Positions 9,698 to 20,235 of a DNA stretch of 64,000 nucleotides are shown here, piece after piece; within the stretch, counting starts at the first letter, position 1; each line of letters begins with the position of its first letter. Made by a program: the position numbers and the translations under genes. This DNA is from an uncultured archaeon (lineage in GTDB: Archaea > Asgardarchaeota > Lokiarchaeia > Sigyniarchaeales > SOKP01), in assembly GCA_964388035.1 (NCBI GenBank), contig CAYLZE010000001.1, forward strand, positions 1-64,000, written 5' to 3'. The notes below the pieces were generated by a model, which saw only the letters and a program-made list of their open reading frames with translations, was not told the origin of the DNA and searched no databases.

Positions 9698-11734
9698 TCA
9701 GATAGATAATTTTTTAATATAGGGTTCACTGCTCGATACCAAGCATTTCATCGTATCTATCAAGTTAAATTGAATCTCATTCCACTTCTTCTTATTGCTT
9801 AATCCCGCATCTCTAAAACGGTATCGAATACTTTGAAAGTTCCTATTTTTCTCAAAATTCCACTCTAATTCTTCTGATAAGTGCCAAGATATTTCAGAAA
9901 AGCGTTCTTCGATATTTTTTTTAAAAGATTTAAGTTCTTCAAATCTTTTATTATTAATTTCTGGGTTAATATTTCCAAAGTAGATTTCGACCGCGTAAAA
10001 GTCATCTTGAATGATATAAGCATAATAAAGACCATCTTTTCCCGTGGGTTTAAAAATCCAGGAATTCTTTAAAATTTCGATATTTGAATGTTCCGGATAC
10101 ATTTTTTTTAATTTTTCAACAAGGTAATTCCAGAAATCCACTCGCAATTTTTCCTTTTCGCTCAAAGGTTCTTGAAATTTTTTGATCCTCTTCAATCCCA
10201 TTGGAGGACCGCTAATTTTACTAAATTTAAGTAACGGAGCAAAATTTGGGATTTTAAATATTTCTAACATTAAATAATAAAGAAAAACATCTTCTCTGGT
10301 ATTATTATTTAGCCAAATTATGGCTTTTTCGAGATTAGAATTTTCCACTTCACTTATTAAAATTGCTATTTTTGCTTCTTGAGAAGCAAGGGCGGTAATC
10401 AAGGCGTTTAAGTTAAATTCCTCGCCCCTACCTAAGATTGGTACAATTAACACGCGATTTCCATATTTATCCATGGTAATAATATAACGGGGGGTATGAA
10501 GATCATTTTTCCATGTTTCCACGGGCGATAAAGAGAGATTGAGAGTATCGTTTAAATAATGCAAGTTTTTCTCAAGCCACTCCTCGCAAGTCACATTTTC
10601 TTCTTTACAAGCAAAATCTAATGAAATCTTTTCTATTTCCTCCATCCCTCCCGCACGGAGGATACTTTGTTTTTGGTCCACTTCAACATTTTCTGGAATT
10701 CTCTTGGTAATTAATTTATACACTTCAACCGCTTCAACAAATCTTTTTATTATTTGGAGGGCTATTATTTCAAAGGATTCATCAACATTTTCCCCCGACT
10801 TAGCTGATGTCTCGATGAAATGGAGTCCCAAATCATCGGCTAGCTTTTTTCCTTCTTGAGTGGATACTTGCCTTGCTGCTTCTAAATCTGTTTTATTCCC
10901 TACTAAGATGATGATGATGTCGACGGGGGCATATTTTTTAAAGTCCTGATACCATTCCATTACATTTTCAAACGTATCGCGTCGAGTAATATCATAGACT
11001 ATTATTCCCGCTTCCGAATTGGGTAAATAAATATGCCTCATTTGCTTGAATTGCTCTTGTCCTGCGAGGTCCCATATTACGAATCTAACAGTACTTCCCA
11101 AATTATCAAACTTGCATTCTTTTTTAGATATATAAGTTCCAATGGTAGCTTTATAATCGGTCTTAAAAAAACCTTCGATATATCGATGTATCATGCTCGT
11201 CTTGCCTACTGCTCCATCCCCTCCAAGAATTAACTTATAAACATAATCAGAGGAATGAAATTGGATTCTCTGTAGAACGTCTAATTTTCTTTGAACGACT
11301 TCCTCATTTTTAGTAAAATCTAACTTAGGAATCACGGGAGAGACGGGCCTTCCATCAAAAATTCTGGCTACTTTTTCTGCAACAATATAAACATAGGCTA
11401 AAGTATTTTCCACTATTGTCGTGGAATCTAAAATCGAAATTAATATATTATCTGGACCTGCCTCACAAAAAATATACCGAAAATCATCCGTGTCGTAGGT
11501 ACCCATCCCAAAGGAGCCCTCTTTAAATTTATCCGCAATTTTATTTAAAACAAGGGTGATGGTTGAATTTATATAAGTCAAGAAATCTTGATCATCAAAA
11601 CCTAATTCATCACCAAATAAAAAATCGAGAAGCTCTCTTTTTCGATTATATAAAAGGACTGCGTGTAATTCTTTGCCCATTACCTGAATGTACCATTTGA
11701 AGAGTACCTTAAGCTTTTTTTTATCAACTGTCAA
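9698..11734 (-). CDS. fusion of Roadblock/LC7-like domain, Rab-like small GTPase and DUF4268-family module
   Basis: G1 GDGAVGKTS, G2 YKATIG, G3 WDLAGQE, G4 NKTD, G5 ETSAK; N-terminal ~130-aa Roadblock-like pattern; C-terminal ~315 aa resembles DUF4268 proteins (WLEKNL..L, AIIWLN, FW, LEW, W..I). Confidence 0.85.
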   Translation of the reverse strand: MTVDKKKLKVLFKWYIQVMGKELHAVLLYNRKRELLDFLFGDELGFDDQDFLTYINSTITLVLNKIADKFKEGSFGMGTYDTDDFRYIFCEAGPDNILISILDSTTIVENTLAYVYIVAEKVARIFDGRPVSPVIPKLDFTKNEEVVQRKLDVLQRIQFHSSDYVYKLILGGDGAVGKTSMIHRYIEGFFKTDYKATIGTYISKKECKFDNLGSTVRFVIWDLAGQEQFKQMRHIYLPNSEAGIIVYDITRRDTFENVMEWYQDFKKYAPVDIIIILVGNKTDLEAARQVSTQEGKKLADDLGLHFIETSAKSGENVDESFEIIALQIIKRFVEAVEVYKLITKRIPENVEVDQKQSILRAGGMEEIEKISLDFACKEENVTCEEWLEKNLHYLNDTLNLSLSPVETWKNDLHTPRYIITMDKYGNRVLIVPILGRGEEFNLNALITALASQEAKIAILISEVENSNLEKAIIWLNNNTREDVFLYYLMLEIFKIPNFAPLLKFSKISGPPMGLKRIKKFQEPLSEKEKLRVDFWNYLVEKLKKMYPEHSNIEILKNSWIFKPTGKDGLYYAYIIQDDFYAVEIYFGNINPEINNKRFEELKSFKKNIEERFSEISWHLSEELEWNFEKNRNFQSIRYRFRDAGLSNKKKWNEIQFNLIDTMKCLVSSSEPYIKKLSI

Positions 11735-11910
11735 AACTTTTTAAAAACCTCTAGAAAAAATATGTTTTAAATCTCCTTTAAAAAAATATAAAAGCTCAAC
11801 TTTTTGAATTTAACTAATTCTAAAAAAAGAAAAACAAGAGAATTTATATCTGTACATCACATTCTTAGTCATATACTAAACTTTAAATTAACTTTGGAAC
11901 CATACCAAAA

Positions 11911-12918
11911 ATGAAAGCTGCTATTTTCGATGGATCCAGTATCAAAGTGCAGGAAATCCCCAAACCGGAGATTAAAAAATCGCAAGTCTTAATTCGAGTG
12001 AGAGCCGTAGGGATATGTGGAACAGATGTCGCAATCATAAAAGGACACTTACCAAGCAAAATACCTATTATTTTAGGTCATGAATTCTCGGGAGAAATCG
12101 TTGATATTGGAGATGAAGTTGACGGTAAATGGAAAAATAAGCGAGTCACCTCAGAAATTAATAGCAATATTGATTTTACGTGTTATTATTGTAAAAAAAA
12201 GTTGTATACCCAATGCATTGCTCGAAAAGCTATAGGTATTGATATAAATGGGGCTCTTGCTGAATACATTGCGGTCGAGAATTATCTCATTCATGAACTT
12301 CCCCCTCACTTATCATTTGAAGAAGGAACCTTCATTGAGCCCTTAGCGGCGGCATATCAGACGTTTGAGACGATGCCATTGGATGCCGATGATAATTACA
12401 TGGCCATTTTCGGGCTTGGCAAATTAGGGTTATTAATCTTACAAGTAGCTAAATCCAAGGGATTGAAAACCATCGTAATGGATGGTTCTGAAAAGAAGCT
12501 TAAACTGGCTGAAAAATTTAATGCCGATTACATGATCAATAGGCTGAAAGTGCCTTCTATTCCCGAAACAATCAAAGAAATTACCAAGGGTTTGGGAGCA
12601 GACATTGTCTTAGACTCCACGGGAAATCCCGATGCACTCAAAGACGTCGTTGAATCTTGTAAAACAAGGGGGAAAGTACATGTTAAGAGCACTCATGGGT
12701 TACCTACCCCCTTAAATTTAACGGATATTGTCGTGCGTGAAATCACGCTTTATAGTAGCAGGTGCGGACCTTTCAAAAAAGCGATTGATGGGCTCTCTTC
12801 AGGGAAAATAAAAGTGAAAGAATTGATTTCACAGACTTTTAAATTAGAGGATATTAACTTAGCAATTCAATCCTATGAGACTAACAGAGATCACATTAAA
12901 ACGATTGTAATAATTTAA
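11911..12918 (+). CDS. Zn-dependent (MDR) alcohol dehydrogenase
   Basis: GICGTD, LGHEFSG, CYYC-x7-C, EPLAAA, GLGKLG. Confidence 0.93.
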   Translation: MKAAIFDGSSIKVQEIPKPEIKKSQVLIRVRAVGICGTDVAIIKGHLPSKIPIILGHEFSGEIVDIGDEVDGKWKNKRVTSEINSNIDFTCYYCKKKLYTQCIARKAIGIDINGALAEYIAVENYLIHELPPHLSFEEGTFIEPLAAAYQTFETMPLDADDNYMAIFGLGKLGLLILQVAKSKGLKTIVMDGSEKKLKLAEKFNADYMINRLKVPSIPETIKEITKGLGADIVLDSTGNPDALKDVVESCKTRGKVHVKSTHGLPTPLNLTDIVVREITLYSSRCGPFKKAIDGLSSGKIKVKELISQTFKLEDINLAIQSYETNRDHIKTIVII

Positions 12919-12926
12919 AAAATGAA

Positions 12927-14141
12927 TTAAATTTTTTCTAAAATTGTAGCAATGCCTTGTCCTCCTCCAATACACGCCGTGGCTAAACCATACCTGCCAC
13001 CTTTTAATTGCAGAATTCTTGCTAGCGTTCCTACTAACCTTACTCCCGTCATGCCCAAAGGATGACCAAGGGCGATTGCTCCCCCTTTCATATTTACAAT
13101 ATCTTGTGGGATGCCTAAGATTTTCATGGCAAATAGTGGTACAATCGCAAATGCTTCATTAATCTCCCATACATCAATATCATCCACTTTTAGACCCGCA
13201 CGTGCTAAAGCTTTCTTACTAGAAGGAACCGGGCCCTTTCCCATTACACCGGGATTAACTCCCGCCCATCCCATTGATTTTATCCTTGCCAGAGGTTTTA
13301 TTCCTAAATCATTTGCCCGTTTTTCAGACATTAACACGCAGCATCCTGCCCCCGCATTTAAAGGAGAGCTATTTCCCGCCGTAATTTGAGCTTCTTCATC
13401 TATACCTTTCGAGACCAAGGGAAGTTTCGTCATGGTTTCCATGGTAGATCCTTCTCTAATGGTCTGATCATATTTTATCATCTCATGCGTTCCGTCGGGA
13501 AGAACTCCCTCTATTGGAATAATCTCTCCATCAAAAAATCCCTCATCTCGTGCTTTAATTGCCTTCGCATGAGAATCAAGGCTAAATCGATCCATGTCTT
13601 CCCGTGTAATATCCATGTTTTGCTCCCAAAGCTTCTGTGCGGTTTGTATCATGGAAAAACCTGTTTTTAAATCATATTTTGCTTGTTCGGGATATTGATT
13701 TCCATCCTCTAATTCCGTGTGCTTTTTAGTCAGATCCGTGCCTCGAGGAATCCGCGTCATGTGTTCCATGCCTGCCGCAAATACGATTTCGGAATTACCG
13801 GTCATGATTTCCATCGCTCCAATGTGAACGCTTGACATGCTACTTCCACACTGTCGGTCAACACCCAATGCTGCTACCGTTTCCGGAAGTCCAGATAAGT
13901 AAACAGGTTGTCGTCCTCCATATAAAAAATTTTCTTTTACTTGGTTTGCACATCCTGTTATTAATTCATCAATTTCATTTAGATCGAATTTTGCACGTTT
14001 CCTCAATTCTTTAAGAACCGTCGCTAACAAAATATCTCCAGGAATTTGGTGAAAAAAATCTCGTTCTGGTTGATCGGGTCGACTGCGTGATATGGGAGTT
14101 CTTAAATAATCCACAATAACTACATTTTTAAAATTTTGCAT
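12927..14141 (-). CDS. acetyl-CoA C-acyltransferase (thiolase)
   Basis: DRQCGSS, NEAF, GHPLG, CIGGGQG catalytic motifs. Confidence 0.96.
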   Translation of the reverse strand: MQNFKNVVIVDYLRTPISRSRPDQPERDFFHQIPGDILLATVLKELRKRAKFDLNEIDELITGCANQVKENFLYGGRQPVYLSGLPETVAALGVDRQCGSSMSSVHIGAMEIMTGNSEIVFAAGMEHMTRIPRGTDLTKKHTELEDGNQYPEQAKYDLKTGFSMIQTAQKLWEQNMDITREDMDRFSLDSHAKAIKARDEGFFDGEIIPIEGVLPDGTHEMIKYDQTIREGSTMETMTKLPLVSKGIDEEAQITAGNSSPLNAGAGCCVLMSEKRANDLGIKPLARIKSMGWAGVNPGVMGKGPVPSSKKALARAGLKVDDIDVWEINEAFAIVPLFAMKILGIPQDIVNMKGGAIALGHPLGMTGVRLVGTLARILQLKGGRYGLATACIGGGQGIATILEKI

Positions 14142-14378
14142 GTTACAATCACCGAAAAGTGAAACTATTTCCGATAATAGTTAATAATAAGGCATTTATA
14201 ATAAATTTAAAAATTACCCTTAATAGGTTTAATTTTAACTAAATGAGAAAGGATTAAGAATTAGCGTTAAAAATTATATGGTTTCTTCATTTATTCATCT
14301 AAAAGTATTAGGTTTTTTTTTGAGTTAGTTATGTTAGCATGATACTTATTTAATTTCAAACTTATCTTACCAAGGTTA

Positions 14379-15869
14379 ATGCAAGAGGTAAATAAATTGC
14401 ACAATAATGTAATAGACCTGTTTCTCAATCCTAAATCTGTCGCAGTTATCGGGGCTTCCAAAAATCCCCTAAAAGGAGGAAATCGCATATTAAATAATCT
14501 GGTATTGAATAATTTTAATGGAAGAGTGTATCCTATAAATCCAAACGCTAAAGGGAAGGTCTCAGGATTAGAATTTAGGAAATCCATCTTAGATATTGAA
14601 GAATCCGTGGATTTAGCAATTTTTTACGTTCCAAACCATGTGATTCCCCCTGTTTTGAAGGAATGTGTCTCAAAAGGGGTAAAAGGTGCCATTATTGAAG
14701 CATCGGGATTCGAAGAGGTGGGAAAGGAAGGGCTTGAATTGAGAGATGAAATCGTTAAAATCACGGATAATTTCACCAAATTAAGGATTGTGGGTCCAAA
14801 CTGTATGGGGCTCACAAGAATAGATAACAGCAGTACAGATCCAAATAAAGGAGGATTTTTCACTAGTTTTGGCCTTTTTACGGAATATAGACGAGGGAAC
14901 ATTGCCATAATAAGTCAGTCTGGCATGTTAAATGGAGGATATCTGATGTATTTGTTTACAAGATATCCCGAAATTGGATTTAGGTATTCTTGTTCGGTAG
15001 GAAATAAAATGGATTTGAGCGAAATAGAATTTCTCGAATATTTTATTGAAGATCCTACCGTAAATGTCATTGTGCTTTATCTTGAATCGCTTAATGATCC
15101 TCGAAAACTGATTAATCTAGCTAAAAGAGTAAAAAGTATGCCGGATAAATCCATTCTCTTATTAAAAGGAGGTATAACCTCTCAAGGGCAAAAAGCAGCG
15201 TTAAGCCACACGGCAGCATTATCTCAGAATTCTAAATTAATAAATGGTATCATTAGGCAATCGGGAATTGTTCAAACGCATAGTTTTCATGAACTTTTTC
15301 AATTTGCAAGGACTTTTTCAATGATATATAATTCCTATAAACAATTACCTACTAATGGGAATGTGGCTATGATTACGGGAACGGGAGGTGGAGGAACAGT
15401 TACTGCAGATTTAACAAAACTACACGGATTAGATTTTCCAGAGTTAAGTGATGCAACATACTCTGAATTGCTCTCTGTTTTTCCCGAATGGATGCCTCCC
15501 AATCGATTTGCTCTCGTTGATATTTGGCCCACATTGGAAAAAGCAGCAATGAATAATATTCCGCCTCCTGAAATCAGTAATAAAATATTTAAAGCATTGA
15601 TGAAGGATTCCGGAGTTGGGGGATTATTCGAAATGATTTATTGCTCAAATAGATTTAGCTTGATGCCTGATGTAGATTCTCTGATTAAACATGTTCAAAG
15701 CACTAAAAAGCCAGTATTTTTTTGGCTTTTTGGAGACTATGAGGATGTGGTGAAAATCACAAGCGACCTAAATAAGAATAACATCCCCGCCTTTTCTGAC
15801 ATTCAAGAAATGGTATTAAATTATAGCGCGTTGGTACAAGAAGGTTTAAATAAAAAGAATAGTAATTAA
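14379..15869 (+). CDS. ADP-forming acyl-CoA synthetase, alpha-type subunit
   Basis: PKSVAVIGAS, GPNCMG, SQSG, AALSHTAAL (phospho-His); no ATP-grasp domain. Confidence 0.9.
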   Translation: MQEVNKLHNNVIDLFLNPKSVAVIGASKNPLKGGNRILNNLVLNNFNGRVYPINPNAKGKVSGLEFRKSILDIEESVDLAIFYVPNHVIPPVLKECVSKGVKGAIIEASGFEEVGKEGLELRDEIVKITDNFTKLRIVGPNCMGLTRIDNSSTDPNKGGFFTSFGLFTEYRRGNIAIISQSGMLNGGYLMYLFTRYPEIGFRYSCSVGNKMDLSEIEFLEYFIEDPTVNVIVLYLESLNDPRKLINLAKRVKSMPDKSILLLKGGITSQGQKAALSHTAALSQNSKLINGIIRQSGIVQTHSFHELFQFARTFSMIYNSYKQLPTNGNVAMITGTGGGGTVTADLTKLHGLDFPELSDATYSELLSVFPEWMPPNRFALVDIWPTLEKAAMNNIPPPEISNKIFKALMKDSGVGGLFEMIYCSNRFSLMPDVDSLIKHVQSTKKPVFFWLFGDYEDVVKITSDLNKNNIPAFSDIQEMVLNYSALVQEGLNKKNSN

Positions 15870-15879
15870 AACAAAACGA

Positions 15880-16020
15880 TTATTTTCCTATAAATTCTGG
15901 TTCCTTTTTTTCCGTTATTGCGAAAACTTTTCTTTCATAATCTCCAGTAGCTCGATTTATTTGCATTTATCTTTTCGTTTCAAGATGCTCTTCTAAGGGC
16001 GTTCTTAAAACATAAAATAA
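15880..16020 (-). pseudogene. decayed second copy of the 3' end of the enoyl-CoA hydratase gene at 17471-18271
   Basis: 15880-15913 is identical to 17471-17504 (34 bp); similarity with substitutions and small deletions continues for about 140 bp. Confidence 0.9.
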
Positions 16021-16385
16021 TATGAAGCGTTTGCCAAATGGGACGTTCAAGACCAAGCACCGGGTGATTTTTTGGAATTTAAAAAAGATTACTGTTAATC
16101 CATCCGTAATTAATTCCATTAAAATTCTACTCGAATTTAAATAAAAATTAAAAAAAATATTTAATTCACAATTTTTAGGAAAAAAAATTAAGAAATAACA
16201 AATTTCTAGGATGAAAGATACTATTATCGAATAATTTTTTTAGATGAAGGAGAGAGATTTACCTTATTGTAAGATAATACCTAATTATGACGGCAATAAT
16301 TAAAAATTAAAATTTTTTTTCTATGATTTAGTTAAAAAAACCATTACCATGATAGACTATAATAGAAATGAGGCATGTAAAATAG

Positions 16386-16796
16386 TTGAACAAGAAACTA
16401 CAAAAGATAGATAGAAAAGGAATGACGACTATTTTAATAAGTGGTTCAATGAAATTTAAGGCAGAAATGTTGGATCTTTCAAATCAATTAAAAGATTTTG
16501 GTATTGAGAATATTATAGAACCCAGTAACAGTATCTATTTTCAGGAAATCAATTTAATCGAAAAGGCAAAAAATCATGAAATATTTGGGAATTTAATCAA
16601 AACTGCAGATTTACTGATAATTTATAATAAGGATGGATATGTGGGGCTTTCTACTGCGATGGAGATCCAAAAAGCAATTGACTCCAATGTACCTGTCGTG
16701 TTTCTATTTGAGCCTGAAGCGATAGAGTTTAAAGCACTCTGCTTGCATCTTGACTTCAATGTTAGAATTGAAAACAATTGGAGAAATTTATTTTGA
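16386..16796 (+). CDS. nucleoside 2-deoxyribosyltransferase-like protein (probable start ATG 16422)
   Basis: ILISGSMKF beta1; ADLLIIYN.DGYVGLSTAMEI..A....VPV matches the NDT-like G.S...E motif. Confidence 0.6.
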   Translation: MNKKLQKIDRKGMTTILISGSMKFKAEMLDLSNQLKDFGIENIIEPSNSIYFQEINLIEKAKNHEIFGNLIKTADLLIIYNKDGYVGLSTAMEIQKAIDSNVPVVFLFEPEAIEFKALCLHLDFNVRIENNWRNLF

Positions 16797-17470
16797 CTTT
16801 CAAAGAATAAAATTAATTAAGTTACGATTCGCTATATAATAATTGATAAATCATTTATTGGGTTATGTTCAATTTGTTTATTTGAAACTTGTATTATGGA
16901 CGTGTTCTTTTTAATCTATATCTAAAATTAATTTTTAAGTAGCAGTTGAGGGTATTTGCTTATAAATCGTGAATATACAATCAAAAAATAATGATAAAGG
17001 AAAAATTGGAAATTATGAAATCAATTTCTATCATTAAAATATATTAAATTTTTTTAAAGGCGCAAAATGAATAAAACTCAGAAGATATCCAAACAGCCAT
17101 CCATTAAATCAGAAATACGAAAACACAAGAACACGTCACTTCCTAGGATCTAATTAGATAATAATTAGTAATGTAGCATTTTGGAATCGGGTTTTACAGA
17201 AAGCGAACCATAAGAGGAGGATTTTCAAGAAAAATTTGAGCCTTTTTACATGAAATCAAAATAGTGGATTGCTTTAAATTCGCTGGTATTAAATTTAAAA
17301 CAAATAGAAGTGTAAACTATAAATTTAGCCACAAAGATCAATGTAAAAGAATGCTTGCTAGAGAGGATAATAGTAATAACAAAATAGAAAATGAGAAATG
17401 TTCTATAATTACCATAATACCTTAGTCCATTCAAGATACCTAGATTAAAAAGAAAAGTAATTAAAAAAAA

Positions 17471-18271
17471 TTATTTTCCTATAAATTCTGGTTCCTTTTT
17501 TTCCACGATGGCGAAAACGCCCCTTTTATAATCTTCTGTCAGCGCCGATTGTATTTGCATTTGTCTTTCCTTTTCAAGATGTTCTTCCAAGGGAGTGCTT
17601 AAAGCATCAAAGAATAATTTCTTGGTTCTAGCATACGTTAAAGTGGGACCAGCAGCGAATTTTTTTGCCCATACCATGGAAATTTCATCCAATTTTTCTT
17701 TGGGAACGATTCTATTAATAAATCCCAGATTTTTCATCTCTTCTGCTGAATATGTATCTCCAAAAAATGCCATTTCTACAGCTTGTTGCCAAGTGAGTTG
17801 CCTGCTTAATAGTATCGTACCTGCAAAACCCGGAATTAACGCAAGCTTGCAAAAGGATTGTCTAAATCGGGCATTTTCAGTTGCGATAATAAAATCACAC
17901 GATAAAGCGAGATTCATGCCCGCTCCCACTGCCCATCCATTTACTGCCGCTATGACTGGTTTTGGATATAATCGTAGCACTTTTGCAATCTTATAAAGAT
18001 CTTTAAGGAGATCATCCATTACTTCTCCGGGAATTCCATTATCAATACTTTCTTTAAATTCTTTTATATTTCCTCCTGCTGAAAAAGCATTTCCCGTACC
18101 CGTAATTATTATGCATCGAATATCGGTATCCGTTTCTATTCGATCTAAATGGCTTAATATTTCTTTAGCAGTTTCTTTTCCCAATGCATTCAAATTATCG
18201 AGATCCACCAACTTAATGATGGCAATATTATCATTAACTATTAATTGAGTTTTATTTCCCATTGATATCAA
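17471..18271 (-). CDS. enoyl-CoA hydratase/isomerase family protein
   Basis: AFSAGGNI, PKPVIAAVNGWAVGAG, LALSCD, PEFIGK end. Confidence 0.95.
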   Translation of the reverse strand: MISMGNKTQLIVNDNIAIIKLVDLDNLNALGKETAKEILSHLDRIETDTDIRCIIITGTGNAFSAGGNIKEFKESIDNGIPGEVMDDLLKDLYKIAKVLRLYPKPVIAAVNGWAVGAGMNLALSCDFIIATENARFRQSFCKLALIPGFAGTILLSRQLTWQQAVEMAFFGDTYSAEEMKNLGFINRIVPKEKLDEISMVWAKKFAAGPTLTYARTKKLFFDALSTPLEEHLEKERQMQIQSALTEDYKRGVFAIVEKKEPEFIGK

Positions 18272-18305
18272 TCCTTTAAACTTTTAATTAAAAAAAAATA
18301 AAGTA

Positions 18306-19526
18306 TTATTCGCCCCACATGCGTTTCATTTCTGTTGTAATGATGTATCTCATTATTTCTGAAGTTCCTGCGGAGATTTGACCAATCTTGGCATCCCTAT
18401 AATATCTTTCTAAGGGATATTCTTCAGAATATCCTAATCCTCCTACAACTTGGATAGCGTCTTGAGTGATTTTTACTGTCGCATCAGCCAATTTAGCTTT
18501 TACGGCTGCTACGGAAGCCCTACAATTATGACCTTCATCCAGCATCCTTGCGATTTGAGCAACCGCGATACGATTCAGTTCAATTTCCATGTACATTTCA
18601 CTTAATTTAAAAGAGATCGCTTCAAAGGAATACAATGGTTTTTTAAATTGAACTCTTCTATGAGCATACCTATAAGCAACCTCGAAAGCGCTCCTTGCTA
18701 ATCCAAGATATTGGGATGCGGTAAAAGTCCTTTCTCCATCCAATCCAAATAATAAGATTTCTAGGCCAGAATTGACTTCAAGCAATACATTTTCTGCCGG
18801 AACTTTACAATCATTAAATCTTAAATGGGAATTTGGCATTCCTCTTCTTCCCATATGCTTGTAATCCTTAATTACTTCAAATCCTGGAGTAGCAGTCTCA
18901 AAAATAAACGCTGTCATTCCTTGATGGGGTCTGACTTGATCGTTCGTTATGGCATAAAGACAAATATAGTCCGCAACGCTTCCATTAGTTATAAAACATT
19001 TTTGTCCATTAAGAATAAAATCATCTCCCTCTTTTCTTGCCTTTAATCTCATTCCGCCAATCGAGTCCGAGCCTCCTGTGGGCTCGGTGATCCCGATTGC
19101 ACCTACTTTGGTTCCATCGCCAATGCCGGATAAATATTTCTTTTGTTGTTCTGGCGTGCCATATTCGATGATGGGACCTGCAAACAAGCAAGAAGAGGCA
19201 CCGAAAATACCTGCTAAGGCATAACTGAATGCAGTTAATTCTTCTCCAAAAATGGTCCGATATAAAACTCCTTTTCCTTGTCCTCCGGCTTCTTTCGGAA
19301 TGATAATATTGAGATATTTTTTCATTTTTTTTAATGTCTCCACCGCTAGCTCCTTATTGCGTTCCCGATCAATCTTCTCAGCAACAGGCTCTACATTCTT
19401 TTGACACCAATCTCTTACTTCCATTCGAAAATCGTTTTCTTCTTTCGTATAATAATATAATCGGTCTGGCATGCAAGAATAGCCATATTTAACATTTAAA
19501 TCTTCAAAATGCACGTGTCCTTCCAT
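18306..19526 (-). CDS. acyl-CoA dehydrogenase
   Basis: ITEPTGGSD, LNGQKCFITNG, RVQFKKPL, QVVGGLGY, RDAKI..I.AGTSEI. Confidence 0.95.
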   Translation of the reverse strand: MEGHVHFEDLNVKYGYSCMPDRLYYYTKEENDFRMEVRDWCQKNVEPVAEKIDRERNKELAVETLKKMKKYLNIIIPKEAGGQGKGVLYRTIFGEELTAFSYALAGIFGASSCLFAGPIIEYGTPEQQKKYLSGIGDGTKVGAIGITEPTGGSDSIGGMRLKARKEGDDFILNGQKCFITNGSVADYICLYAITNDQVRPHQGMTAFIFETATPGFEVIKDYKHMGRRGMPNSHLRFNDCKVPAENVLLEVNSGLEILLFGLDGERTFTASQYLGLARSAFEVAYRYAHRRVQFKKPLYSFEAISFKLSEMYMEIELNRIAVAQIARMLDEGHNCRASVAAVKAKLADATVKITQDAIQVVGGLGYSEEYPLERYYRDAKIGQISAGTSEIMRYIITTEMKRMWGE

Positions 19527-19599
19527 TCAAAACACTCTTTTTTTAACTTTATTAAGCTCTAATTTTTAACATTAATTTATAATTACTACTTCTTTATTA

Positions 19600-19631
19600 T
19601 AACTCTTAATAATATTAACTCTTAATAATAT
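19600..19631. repeat. perfect 16-bp tandem repeat (taactcttaataatat)x2 in a divergent promoter region
   Basis: read directly at 19600-19615 and 19616-19631. Confidence 0.8.
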
Positions 19632-19648
19632 TTTTATTTGAGACTTCC

Positions 19649-20194
19649 GTGAGCAACTTAAACAGAAAAATTTCCAAGTTTTTATCTTATGTTCTAAGGC
19701 ATCATCCCCAAAAGTTTGGAATACAACTTGATTCTCAAGGTTATGCAAATTTAGCGCAAATTCTCTCGTTATTTAATGGAAAGTTCAAGGATCATGTTAT
19801 CACTAAAACTACTCTCGAAGAATTAATAATTAAATCAGATAAAAAGAGATTTGAAATCATGGGAAATAAAATTAGAGCAACCTATGGCCATAGCTTGGAA
19901 AAAAAAATCATCTTTCCCAGAGCAAAGATGCTCCCTCCTTATCTCTATCACGGAACCACTCTACTTGCAGCCCAAAAAATCTTAAATGAAGGTCTTAAAC
20001 CTAAAGGAAGGCAATATGTACATTTATCAAAAGAGATATCCATGGCAATTAAAGTAGGAAAAAGAAGAACTTCTCATCCCATTGTTTTAATTATAGATTG
20101 TGAGAAAGCGAGGAAACTGGGAATAACTTTTTTCATATCAGGAGATTTATACTTGAGTGAATATATACCCCCTGAATGTATTAGTAAGTTATGA
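19649..20194 (+). CDS. kptA: RNA 2'-phosphotransferase Tpt1/KptA
   Basis: SKFLSYVLRH, DKKRF, IRATYGHS, LYHGT, RQYVHLS. Confidence 0.96.
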   Translation: MSNLNRKISKFLSYVLRHHPQKFGIQLDSQGYANLAQILSLFNGKFKDHVITKTTLEELIIKSDKKRFEIMGNKIRATYGHSLEKKIIFPRAKMLPPYLYHGTTLLAAQKILNEGLKPKGRQYVHLSKEISMAIKVGKRRTSHPIVLIIDCEKARKLGITFFISGDLYLSEYIPPECISKL

Positions 20195-20235
20195 CGATGC
20201 GATTAAAAGAGGATAATATCAGAGTACTCCACTAT

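Noticed and set aside
15880-17617. Diversity-generating retroelement TR/VR pair
   Set aside because: Differences are not adenine-specific, include indels, and no reverse transcriptase is present.
19649-20194. KptA as part of porB intron splicing
   Set aside because: Archaeal RtcB-type ligation leaves no 2'-phosphate, and the gene is 19 kb away.
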